From: Callorhinchus milii
Taxonomy: Eukaryota
Direction: 5' to 3'
Assembly (NCBI RefSeq): GCF_018977255.1
Contig: NW_024704743.1
Location: forward strand, 13,022,001-13,086,000
Length of the DNA: 64,000 nucleotides
Part shown: piece by piece, positions 51,786 through 64,000 of the stretch
Position numbering within the stretch: position 1 is the first letter of the stretch
How the letters are laid out: every line of letters begins with the position of its first letter
The notes under the pieces: model-generated
The model's input: only the letters and a program-made list of their open reading frames with translations
Database searches by the model: none
What the model was told of the DNA's origin: nothing
Made by a program: the position numbers and the translations under genes

Positions 51786-54700
51786 CACGAAAATTAATAA
51801 TGAAAATATTTGAAATCCTCAAAAGAACACAGGGCATTAAAAATATAAAGCTTTCTGTTAATCATCCAGTTAGATCGGTCACTGAAACAAAGGAACTATA
51901 CACAAAAACAATGTGAAATTTCAAGCTTACTAAGGTAGTAGGCAGTTTTATTCCAGGCAGCCAATTTTGCTGAGAATTAGGTATTGTGTACACAGGCTTG
52001 AAGAAATCCAGTTCTAAACTGGATACAGATATTTTATACGATTACTTTCTAGATTGTTAACCATGTTAAATCGGGGAAGAAGACCGACTGCGCTCCCCAA
52101 TGAGAATAAAAATGCAACTGTCACAAAATCCATAACACTGATGTGTTGTTCCTAAATGGTCACTACATCCTCCTCCATTTTGTTTGCCTATTCAATATAT
52201 ATACAAAAATACAGGCAGAGTATAAACTCCCAAAAGTACACAGAGCACAGAACCCAAAATAGGAACTCAAATAATAGTGCACATTTGCATTATTGACTAT
52301 ATTCCTGCAACTACTTAAGACAAACCTGAGACCTTAAATTCCACCTGAAATGTTACCTGCAAGACCAGTTTGTCTTACAATTGCAGAGAATTATGGACAA
52401 TTCTTAAATTCAATGTCAATTACTGGAATTCAGTATCTAAATTAAGAGTGATTTTTTTTGTAAAATGAAGTTGATGGCTTCACAGATCAAGACTAGAAGG
52501 AATATCGCACCTCTACAGGTTTCACAGTTAGCCTGAAGTTCCATTTTGCTCCCACTCTCCACATTTCTCTTTACACCTGCCGCAAGATTGGGAGATTGGT
52601 AGACATGCCCTTTACTTTGTAACGGATATCATTACTGTGAAATACATTCTGCATAAAAAATTTGAATTACAATTCAGTGAAGATCATAGAAATTAGAAGA
52701 TGTTTGGTCAATTGAGCCTACAGTGGTGCTAGATCATCCACTACAGCTATCTATTCTAATCATAATTCTCTGCTCTCGTCATTCCCTTTAACATTATTCC
52801 TCTGTCCAATTCACTTTTAAATGTTTTGGCCTTCAATTCTTCAAAGGTCACTAACGCAAAACATTCCACATTCAAGACACCCTTTACAGGAACATGAATT
52901 CTTCTGCATGAACTCTTCTAAACTTCCCCCAGAAACAATACTAAATGTAAGCCACCTTGTCACCAATTTAGCAAGCAATGAAAATAAAGTTTCATCCTGT
53001 ATCCTCTAAAAACAAGTCAGATTTTGGGATGCAGAATTATGTTCCATTTCACATTTTTCAAATCATGTTGAGAAAAACTGTCACCATTCCAGCTCCTGAA
53101 GTAACGTGACTGATAAGAGATAAAAGTCTTCCAAGAACAGGCTTCAGACTTAACTTCACATTTTACCAGTGATTTTTAGCTTGGAGAAGCTTGAGAAAGT
53201 TGAATTCAACCAAATGCCTTAAAGGCTTAAAAAATTAGGTAGAAACAACATCAACGTGAGTGAGAACCACTGGAGCTACAAGAGAAAGATAATCTCATTC
53301 TTCAGGCCAGAAGGCAAGAGGATTGGCAACTTGAAAGTTGCTTCACTGATCACGAACGGTGCCATGATGCAAGATTGACCCACTTATGGGACACTGAGAC
53401 ATACATTTATTACGGTGCTCCAGGTTGCACTAGACAAGGCAAGATTTTATCAAGTGGCAGATTGAACTGGAGTGGCATTGCTGCAAGTCAGATGATGCAC
53501 CTCTGGTTTCCTTGTTAAGGAATCCCACTAGAATTTACCACATCGTATGTTAGACTCCAACAAATAGCAAACTCAACATTTTAGTACTAAACGTGTTAAA
53601 TTCCAGTCCTCTACAGGAGTTGTTTTTGCTTCTACATGTCAAAAGATAATCAAATGCCAAGTGGGTAAAGTGATTTCAAAGCAAACTGTGTGGTTCTGTT
53701 TGGGTTTTGAAAAAGATTTTGGAGCAACTCCCAATTCATCGAAGGAGTAACAGAGGCTTTCCAGCAATAAAACTTTTTTTTATTAAAAAGCCTATTACTC
53801 AGCAGGTTCAATGTAGCAACCTCTGATTCCAACTTGATCATTGATTGCACTTAGATCTGATGTTGAGAGGCTCCCAAGGCATTGTACAAACTAGGGAATC
53901 ACACTGTAAACAGCAGCCAGTGCAGCGTTTAAAAAGTATTGATTTGTAACCCATCTGTACATACCAACCTGTAACCCATCTACTGAATCGTTTTCAGCTG
54001 GAGTCCATGTTAAACGATTTTTGGAGGTGGAATTTTACTTAGTAAAAGAACTTCAACATCTTAATTCTCAAGTGGGTGCCTCTTTTATTCCAAGATGGTT
54101 GTGAGACTTTGAAAGGTAATCTGCTGTGTGTTAATCAACTAAGATACCGGGGGTGACATTCTTCTGACTTTATCAGTTCTCCAGCTGCTGTTGGAGGATG
54201 TGAGAAGGGGAGCACGTATCTCTCAATTCTGATAGGCCTAGAAGAAACCAGCCCATTTTTCTATCCAGCATTGCTACTAGGAATTGTCCTTAATAGTGTT
54301 AAGAGCCATGACATGAAGGGAAGCATGCCATTCAACCCTGTTTAAAAAAATCACTATTATAAATTATGCTCGAGAAGAAATTGCAATCTATTATTTTCGT
54401 CTCTCTCTTTCGGATGGTTTCAACTTTATTTTGTATTTATTGTAACAAATATATAGTCTGTATGCTTGACAGCAATTCCCTCTTAAGCACTTTGAGACGC
54501 TGTGACTTACTAAATTAAATGCAAGCAAATCCAGCCTTCTATTTAAGGTCCCTTAAGGGCAAAATTGTGTTCAATTCAGGGAAAAGAATAGCTTTTCACA
54601 TATCGAACAGACTTCCCATGAACGTTTAAGGAACTGTTAAAAAGATTCGATTTAATAGATTAAGCACTATTTTCACAATTAATCAACATGAAAATTGCTG

Positions 54701-55229
54701 TATTAATATTTGCTTGTAGGCTCAAATTCTTAGTAAATCCAAAGCAATACCACTTAAGAGGTTTTTAAATTGATACTCTGCAATCTGTAGTTACTACTGA
54801 TGTAGGCTATACAATGATGTGCTGTGCCCTTAAAACTATCAGTAGATGGGCAGAGATGTAAACCATGAACCAATAATTGCATCACTATAAACACAATGTA
54901 AATGCAATTAAATAGACTCAGTAAAAAAGATGGCTTTTTCCCACTATTTTTAAAAAAAAATTAGATCCACAATGACTCAATCAGTTTCCTGTGCAATCTC
55001 ATAAGGGGTAACCAATGTGGAAGTAATTGTCTAAACCCAAAGTAAAAAAAACAGAATCATTTAAAAAATAAATGTAGAAATACCTCTTTCTATGCAATAG
55101 ATGAAAAAGAATCTATTGCAGTCCTACCCAATCCTAATTGTTTCCCTTCATTACAGTGCATCATACTTTTAAAAAAGGGTGTTGATTCAAGAGGCAGTCT
55201 GAACCACTTGATGTACTCTTCCCTCCTTT

Positions 55230-55575
55230 GTGAGATTAATGGTATCAGGCTTCGCACCTCTATCAACGCCATCCCTGCCAAACTCCATCAGCTCCAGGAA
55301 CCAGCGGATTAAGTTAAACATTCTGGTGCTGACCTTCAAATCCCTTCATAATATGGTTTTGCAATCTCTTTCAATTTCATTCGCTTGCTGTATCTTCTGC
55401 TCCTCCAAATCTGCATTTCTCATTGACTGCTAGTTTCTTCCTCCATCCTAACTCTGTTCCACGATTGATGGTTGAGCTTCTAGCCACTATGTTGCCGCCC
55501 ACTCTTTGAAACTCTTGCCCCTCAAAATCGCTTGCTTTGCACCTTCTTGCCATGCCTTCAAACCCTTTCAGTTAA
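55230..55575 (+). mobile_element. Old, degraded L2 3' fragment
   Basis: QRIKLNILVLTFKSLH motif; resembles the L2 C-terminal region. Confidence 0.6.
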
Positions 55576-55939
55576 ACACCTGTGTGTTATGCTGCAAGAA
55601 GCGATCTCTGAATATCAGAATGATTCAGAGAAGTATATTTTGTATTTCCTATTCAGAGTAATGCTTTGCACGTGCATAACTAAGGCTGTGTGCAGAGCTC
55701 TGTTATCCAGCACTGAATGACATTTAGCTTGAATTGTTCTTAAGGAACAGGAGTGCCAAGAATTATAAATCTGCAGAGCCTGCAGAGGTAAATTCTAATT
55801 ATACTGCAGTAAAAATGACATTGAATTAATTTCTGAGACCATAGCGTGCATCAAATCAATACCAGCTGTGGCTCGAGCATCTTCACACCTACCGCCACTC
55901 CCTGTCGCAAGCAAAAGATATTGCAACAATAGCTCTAAA

Positions 55940-57770
55940 ATAGCTCCACGCCCACCACCTCCTCCATGCACCCTCTCACGCACCCTCAATCATCACATCT
56001 AATGTGCTAAGAGGTCATGGACTTCCTTACCTCTAAAATTGACAACATCCGCTTGGCAGCTTCATCCTTCTGCCCCATGTCATCTACCACCACCCCCATT
56101 CCGTCTCCCTCACCCATTCTACCCTCAGCACCTACCACAGCCCCTATCCTACATTCATTTGCCCCCATCTCTCCTTCCTCTCTCATCCACCATCAACACA
56201 ATGAAACCCACCACCTGCTGCCTCGACCCCCTCCCCACCCAACTGATGATCACCCAGATCCCCCTCCTTTGTCCACTGCTGGCAGACACTATTAACCAGT
56301 CTCTTTCCTCAGGATGAATCCCACGCCCCCTCAAAATCGCAGTCATCAACCCCCTCCTATAAAAACCTACCCTCGATCCCTCCAACCTCAGCCACTACCG
56401 TCCTACTTCAAACCTGCCATTCTTTGCCAAAGCTCTGGAAAGCTTTGTTACCAAACAACTTTGTGCTCACCTCTCCCTCCACACCCTACTCGAACCCCTC
56501 CAGTCCGGTTTCCGCCCTGCCCACAGTATAGAGACAGCGCTCGTGAAAGTCACAAACGATATCCTCTCTATCTTTGACCAGGGCTCCCTCTGCCTCCTCG
56601 TCCTCCTGGATCTCTGCTCTGCGTTTGAGACAGTCGATCGCACAGTCCTCCTCCACCGCCTTTCCTCCATCATCCACCTCAGTGGGACGGCACTCGCTAG
56701 CACTACATTTCTGCTAATGACTTTTCTTCTTGCTTCCACCCGGTCACCTGCGGGGTACCCCAAGGAGCCATCCTTGGCCCCCTTCTCTTCCTCATCTATA
56801 TGCTCCCTATCGGTGATGTTATTCGCAGATACGGGGTTAACTTCCACATTGTATGCGGATGACATTCAACTCTACTTTTCCACCTCCAGCTGCAAACCCC
56901 AGTCCCCTGAAGTTCTGTCAACTTGTCTGTCGGACATCAAGAGCTGGATAAGCACAAATTTCCTGAAGTTAAACGTCATCAAGACGGAAGCCATACTCTT
57001 TGGCTCCCGTCAACATCTTCTGTCCCATGGTTTCGATCTCTTCAACCTACCTGACCTGTCCTTAAAACTCTCTGAACCAGTGCACAACTTAGGCTTCAGG
57101 TTCGATCCCCGGTTATCCTTCCTCCCCCACATCCAGTCCCTGACCAGCACCACTTTCTTCCACCTCCGCCACATTGCCCTCCTCCAACAATACCTCACCC
57201 CAAAAGCTGCTGAACCCCTTGTCCATGCCTTTTTCACCTCTCGGCTGGACTACTCTAATGCCCTGCTCGTTAGTCTCCCCTCTTCCACTATTCACAAAAT
57301 TCAACTCATTCAAAACTCCGCTGCCCGCATTCTCAACCACACCAAACTCCGTACCCCGATTACCCCAGTCCTTGCCAAATTCCACTGGCTCCGTCACAGA
57401 GTGGATCCACTTCAAGATCCTCACTCTAGTGTTTAAATCCCTCCATTCCTTGCAACTCCCCATTGCAGTACCCGCTTAGCCTCCACTCAACTGGGTCTGG
57501 CCTCCTCCGTGTTCCCCGAATCCTCCGCACCATCATTGGCGGCCGTACCTTCAGCCACTACACCCCGAAACTTTGGAACTCCCTCCTTCAACCCGTTTGG
57601 TCTGCCCTCTCCTTCCCCATCTTCAGGTCGCGCCTGAAGACCTTCCTCTTTGAGCGCACCTATGATCACTTTCCCCCTCCCTCTGGCTCGGCCTCGGGCT
57701 CCGCCATTGTTAAGTGCTCTGAGTCGCCGCCCGGCATGGAGGGCGCTACATAAGTGCAAGTTGTTGTTGT
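55940..57770 (+). mobile_element. L2-clade LINE (second subfamily), RT remnant with 3' tail
   Basis: ORF 56543..57436 contains LLDLCSAFETVD, LYADDIQLY, NFLKLNVIKTE and SRLDYSNALL. Tail ...gagggcgctacataagtgcaagttgttgttg. Confidence 0.92.
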
Positions 57771-59129
57771 ACCACTAAAATTTTATTTATTCTGCACTCA
57801 TATTGTCGATTTGATGAAAAAACTTGTGTTCAAAGGTGCAAAATGTGCAGTGTTAGTGTATAAAGTCGTACGTTAGTAATTGTGCTGAAGTAAAGTGGCT
57901 AAACTATACTGGAAGAAAAATATTGTCTGCTTGAATTTTATCATCTGCATATGTGGGCAGTCGTGAGTTATGCTTGTCTAACTCAGTCAGCTACACGTGC
58001 TCAGTAAAACTGACTCATGGGGATACTGTCTTTCCGAGCATGTGGAAAACTGCCACTGGAGAGGAAATAAGAACAATTACATAATGGAAACCTCAGCTTG
58101 GGGTCTAGCTTGGCAAGCCAATCTGAGTGTGGCTGTGCTATGGAATACTTTGGTTCATGCCTTGGGCTAATTTTCTCAGCAGTTGTCAGTGATCCCACTC
58201 ACACTTTTGCATGAAGTGAATAAAGAAATCCCAGTGTACCTGCTGCATCTTCCTGTTCCCAATCCTTTGAAACAAAATGTGTGCTGATTTTAAATCTCTT
58301 AAACATAGCACTAACATTTGCTGCAATTAATTTTATTCAGGGGATTTTAACACTTACACTGCCAGCTGAATTTCGAGTCTCCTGTCTGAACAGCAGAGTT
58401 CTGTTCATTTTTGCTTTAGTTATTGATACTGCGAAATATACTAGTATTACAGCAATAGTTACTTATAGCTGTTATAAATGCCTTTAAGGTTTAAGTACAG
58501 TCTCAAATAATGGGATCCGAGTCCTGAACAATTAAATACTGGATCCTAAGTTTCGAATAAGGTTGAGCAAACTGGACTGAAAATGGCTTGTTTATAGTCT
58601 GTTATCTGAACACACTGGAATTGCTACTTCCCTTTAGGCAGGATCTAAAAATTATGAATGGAATCCTTGCAGCAGGCTTTTGATGATTGCTCTGGATATA
58701 ACTGTCGTGGGAGTTTTGATCGTCAGAATCCTCTCTTCAGTGCAGTTGCTGCATGGCCATGTGAGAGTTTACTCCTACGCACTGGCTTGTTAACTTGCTC
58801 TAGCATAGAAGCATAGATCCACACAGCAAAGAGCTCACTTGTCTCACCATTATTAGGAAAAGCAGAAAAGATAACATTTCCATACCTGAGCAATTCTTCA
58901 AAAACTTGGATTATAAGATAGCCAGTAGCAGATCTAGAAGGGAGTTTTGGAGGAATTTCTTTACAACAGAGAATACAATACAATTCACATTTATATACTG
59001 TAGTATATTTCATGTCGAGAGTTGTCTCAAGGCACTTAAATGGTGAAAATGTGGAACTCACTAACTCACACCAACTGTGGTTGGAGGAGAATGTATCAAT
59101 GTATTTAAAAAGAAAGTTAATACATGCAT

Positions 59130-59265
59130 GAGGGTGAAGGAAATAAAAGGATAAGGAAGAGAGAATTAGGAAGGCTGGAGTATTCATGTGGAGTATAAAC
59201 ATGTGCACAGACTCAGTTGAGCCAAAATGGCCTGTTTCCATTCTGTAAGATTCATTGTAATTCTA
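59130..59265 (+). mobile_element. CR1-like 3' tail
   Basis: catgtggagtataaac...ttgagccaaaatggcctgtttccattctgtaa...ttctatg. Confidence 0.55.
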
Positions 59266-59304
59266 TGCATCAATTACAATAACTGTAACAACAATTTGCA
59301 TTTA

Positions 59305-59700
59305 TAATAATAAGCCTTGCATTTGATCTAGCCCATCATCACATCTTCGGGATGTCTCAAAGCACTTTACAGATTATACCGTAAAGTGAATTGACTGTAT
59401 AGTTTGTGGGTGAAACACAGCAGCCAATTGCGCACAGCAGCGTCCCACAAACAGTCGTAGATTGAGTGACCAAATTATTATTATTATTTGAAGGGATTAT
59501 TACCCCTGGAAAAGCGATCCGCCAGTCGACTAACAACCGGGTTCCTTCTTACTGCTAGGTAAACAGAGGCGGGTGGAATAAGAAAACTTGCTTAATGTTT
59601 TCCCTGCCGGGAATCAAACCCAGGTCCTCTCACTTGCGAGGCGAGTGCTGTAGCTAACACGCTACAGCACTCCACACCAAAACTCTATAGGACTCCACAC
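59305..59700 (-). mobile_element. Full-length Deu-SINE, long variant
   Basis: Collinear with 8352-8718. Confidence 0.88.
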
Positions 59701-59829
59701 TGATAGGTTACAGGACTTATATAGTGCCTTTCACACGGGGTAGTGTCTCAGGGCACTTGACTGTATTACTGTTACAATGAATGCACTATATTTCACTATA
59801 ATGCAATCCAATAGTCAGATAGAATTAGA

Positions 59830-60065
59830 TGGATACACTTACAAATGGAAATTTCCATGTTTGGAACGGAATGTGCACTCTCTCCTTAAAGGGGCAATCC
59901 TGTTTACCAAATTCTAAAGAATAATAATCGTAAAGTGGCAAGAGCCAAGGCTTGGAAATCCCAGAGTGCATGTTGAGGTACTGCTGGAGTCTAACCAGCT
60001 AAAACCACATAACTTGCCATTGAGAGCATTGTCCAGCAAGCTTCCTGCTGTTTGTCCATCTAGGA
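59830..60065 (-). mobile_element. Fragment of the same unclassified family
   Basis: ggcaagagccaaggcttgg...aaccagctaaaaccacataacttgccattg...gcaagcttcc. Confidence 0.65.
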
Positions 60066-63000
60066 TTTACTTTAATTCCACATTTCTTTTAAAAAAAATT
60101 AAATTCTTCTTTACCTAAATCTATCCAATTCACCTACCAGTTGAATATTCAACAAATGGCAAAAACAGAATACTCCATGAAGGAAAGCCTGAGAAATGGT
60201 GATTTACATCCCACTTACAGCAGTGACCAAACACCCATGAGATTTAACAGATCCATCCTAATGATGGAATGTAAATTATAATCCACCATTCCTCATGGTA
60301 CACATCTTCCAGTGATACTGTAACTTGCATTTTCAGCCATGAGTTGAAAACAGCAGAGTTTTTCTCATATGTAAATTGATCCATCTAGAGGTAGAGATCA
60401 TGTTCATGCAATCCTGAAAATTACTTCCAGCAGCAGATTGCAAAGCTCACTCAAACACCAGGCAACAGAGATGCCAAGAAAGCAGCAGATTATAATATTT
60501 ATCTGCAGTTTCAGTCAGTCACCTGATACTAAAACCACGTTGTTCCAGACTGAAGGCGTTTGGGAAAAATCTGACCCAATTTGATCCTGAGCTCCCCAAG
60601 AACTAAATAAGGCTGCCCAATTGCTAGAAAATTATCTATATAGATGACAAAGTGGGAGTTGAAGTTTCAATACTCCATCCTCCTGAAGCGTAGAAACCAA
60701 ATAAAGCTTAGCTATTGCCTCAGGAAGAAAGAATGCAGTTCAATAGTGCAAAAGGTTTGATTTTGCTCCCCAATCATACCAAACACAGTGTCTGGTCGTG
60801 CTAATAGAACAAGTTCCATTTAAAGAAATAAAATTTTCTTATTGATGAAATGTACAGTTATTTATAGCGTTCAATGGTTTTACATTTGTTTCATCCCATT
60901 TGCAGTTTATTTCAAGTTATTCAACCATTTAACAACCATAAACTGCATTCTTTAAATTGCTCACAAGGAAACGTTTCAAGATATACTGCAAGACGTTCTT
61001 GGTTTTGTCAAAGTGAAAAACACACAGAAAGTAGACAACATTAGGCAAAAATTCTGCCAAGTAACACAAATCTGACTGCTCCATTACAAGGTCATCTATC
61101 ATTATTTAGTGACATCTGATAAATTGCTCCACTGTGGTCGAGTGAAAACTTTAAATCCTTATATCATTTCCAGGATCAGCAGCTTAGGGCATCTATTATT
61201 TTCAGAATGACTGTCGGATTCATGACAAAATCCTGTCATTGCACACTTCCAAGTGTTTTGCATGTGTAGTGCTTGAAAGATACTGCTTTAATCTAAGCTA
61301 TCATAACTGTTTGGTACTGCATTAGATTGCATCCTATAAATTATAGGGCTCTTGACATTTACAGCTTTTTTTGAGTTAAATGTTTCCACCAAGCTTTTAG
61401 TGATTCAACGGTTCAGACGCAATAAAGCTGAACAGTTAATAATATTTAAAGTGCATTCCAATTAGTCTCTGTGACAGCCGGGGGTGGGGAGGGAGAGGTA
61501 GGAAATACCTATGGTAGACAAACAAACCAATTCGGCCTTTTTTAATTTGGCTAAGCAATTACAGGCTTTCCCGCACTCAGTTGCAGGGTATGTATAGGAT
61601 ATTGGAGCTTTCTCACCTACTGTACTCAGCAAATTGTAAGGAAAGGTATTAAATCGAATAGAACTCTTAAAAACATTGTACACACAGGAAATCACTTGAA
61701 AATACAATTCTAAATTTTAAAAACAATTAGTTTGTAACAGTAAATTGCACCAGATAACTTGTGATTTACACTGAATTTATTAGCAAGATGCTTACAAGGA
61801 GCTACTTTTGCACCATTTTTGGTGCTCACTTCTAGCAATTCATGTGTGTCATTTGGATGAGATATTAAACCGAGGTTTTGCATGTTAATAATGATATGCT
61901 GGCTCAGGATTCTACATAAAATAGTCTTAAATTGTTGGTTTCACTAGTGAGACTGTTGGTCTCGCATGTCAGTTTGCATGATCCACAGCACCGTTCAAAA
62001 AGAGAAGGACATTTCTTCCGGTGTCCTGACACCCAAATAAAATTGATCGTGGTAGTTTGTTGGACATTTGTGGTGCAAATGGCTGCCACGTTGACTTACA
62101 GTCACTAAATTTGATAGAAATTACATATAAAGTGGCTTCAGATTTTTTATGTGATACAACTATATAATGTACAGGTTCTCTCTTTCACTAATAAGTATGC
62201 ATGTCTGTATCACCAATTGACAACGTAAAGGAGCTTTAGGGCTGGTTAATAGAATCATAAACAAACTTACCTTCAAGCCTGAAGGCAGTATGTGCAGCAA
62301 CAGCTTTCATTTATTATTGTGTATTTTAATGAGTCCCAAAATGATTGACAATTTCTGCTTGCATGACCCGATTTCCCTGGCAGAACACTCAATCGGCAGA
62401 AATGATGAGCTCATTCCTGTACTTGTTAGAGTGCATTTCACGTGGCTGCAAATTTGCACCCAGCAATGTCCCACAACAACAACAAATAACATTTATATAA
62501 GCCCCTTTTACGTCAGAAGGACTTCGCAAGTGAATGACGAATTTTATAAATGAACCATCCTGAGACCAACAGAGTTGTGGATAAACTTGCAAATTTTGAA
62601 GGAGGAAAAAAAATCTCATTATTGATCTTGATTTACTGAATTGTTAGCACCAATAAGGATTGGAAAACAGGAATCATTTATTTTCCAACAAGTACTCCTA
62701 CTTCAGCTCTGTAAAATAGCCAAATGAAAATATCGTTATGTTTTTCCTCAACAATTTGGCAGTGGCCATCTCAAAGCACCTTTAACTGATTCGCTTTCTT
62801 CCCAAACCATGCTTTCCACCCCACAATTAAGTTCAACAATCTAAAGCTAATTTATGTAGAATCCTGAGTCAATGGGAAGCTTAGCGATTCGGATTTCACA
62901 TGTCGATCCTCGCAGACAGCAGAGAGAGGATGAGGAACATGCATGTATACAAGTCTGTGGGTCACACCAGGCTGAAAAGAGACAGGCAGAGAAAGAGAAA

Positions 63001-64000
63001 AATGGGCAGACAGGTACAAAATGTAAAATACTGTCGAATGAAGGACAGGGTGAAATCAGAGTTACAAATTGTATTTTACTTTTACAAAGAGTTTGTATTT
63101 ACAATATTTATTTTAGTGGACTAGAAACAGTAATCCTAGTGTTTTAGGAGCTTTATTACTCCATTAGTGGTGGGGGTCAGTATCACAGTTTAAAATGCAC
63201 TGAATTGGCTGGAACAGAGACAGGAGTCTCCATAGCACTTTTAAGGGTTAAATAATACCCACCAAGAAACATTAATTTAAACGCAGCTCCTTCCAGGATT
63301 TTGTTAAGCTAAATCGGTAACTAACAAAAAGCTTACACCCAATTAGCATTTTGAACGTTGATACAAAGGTCGGACAGCTTCTCAAACACCAGCTCCCTTC
63401 ACTGAAGCTTCATGCCATTCCATTCCCAATGAAAGTGCAAACTTCAAAGATCCCTGTACCACCATGCCTAAAAGCTAATAGCTTTCAAAACAAGCTGTAC
63501 GTTGCTGCACTAAGTCAGGAAATCCTCCTAACTTGAGGGTTCCACGCATAAAATTACTCATTTACATGGAAATGGGATATTCTACCTCCTTAAAGAGATG
63601 TGAATTCAGCATCAAGTTGGAAGGGGTGAGAGAGAGAGATTATTATCTGCAAAGCAGCTGTTGCCCATTTCTGTCTTCAAAAAAAGTGTTAGGCACTTTT
63701 TTAAAAATAGTTTCACTAAAATATTTACATATTAATTAGAGGGTCTGGAAAATTCCAATGCCAAGTTGATTGAATCTCCACCCAACTGCTCTGAAATGTT
63801 GAAAGACCCTTTCCCCAACCACCAATGCCTCAAACAATGAGTGATAATAAGGAGCTGAAAGATGACCGCAATGGGCAAGTTACATTGTGCTTTTTCTCTC
63901 CTGGTCTGTGTTATGGGATTAGATGCGTTCATCTGGGCTATAAATCACCTTTACACAACCTCAACAGACTGCTGAAAAAAACATTTGAACTACTGCATTA

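Noticed and set aside
58723..59241. 172-aa minus-strand ORF
   Set aside because: It starts in a CR1 tail, has no recognisable domain and has no splice support.
1..64000. Prokaryotic systems (CRISPR arrays, operons)
   Set aside because: The sequence is an intron-rich vertebrate locus with no regularly spaced repeat-spacer array.

Overview
Vertebrate genomic DNA, most likely from a cartilaginous fish. This is inferred from the repeat landscape: Deu-domain tRNA-SINEs with L2-type tails, L2 and CR1 LINEs, and shark-type Penelope-like short repeats. Nearly the whole window is the minus-strand gene HIVEP1 (Schnurri-1/ZAS1 zinc-finger transcription factor). I mapped seven coding exons with consistent splice phases: 43033-43116, 25009-31142, 21811-21947, 20751-20926, 19230-19331, 2907-3397 and 736-1884 (8273 nt, about 2757 codons to the stop). 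One intron is GC-AG, and the 3'UTR has a poly(A) signal. The canonical first coding exon (MPRTKQ...) was not found and probably lies beyond the right edge. The most striking non-genic signal is a decayed ~0.9 kb segment (about 14190-15065, minus strand) in a HIVEP1 intron. It carries hepadnavirus core, terminal-protein and RT-start motifs in viral order, with only a very short TP-RT spacer, making it a candidate endogenous hepadna-/nackednavirus-like element. Also present are hammerhead-ribozyme-like short retroelements, a reconstructable unclassified LINE family, and several fold-back or templated duplications. All homology calls are by eye and from recalled reference sequences; no search was run. 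Repeat boundaries are approximate.
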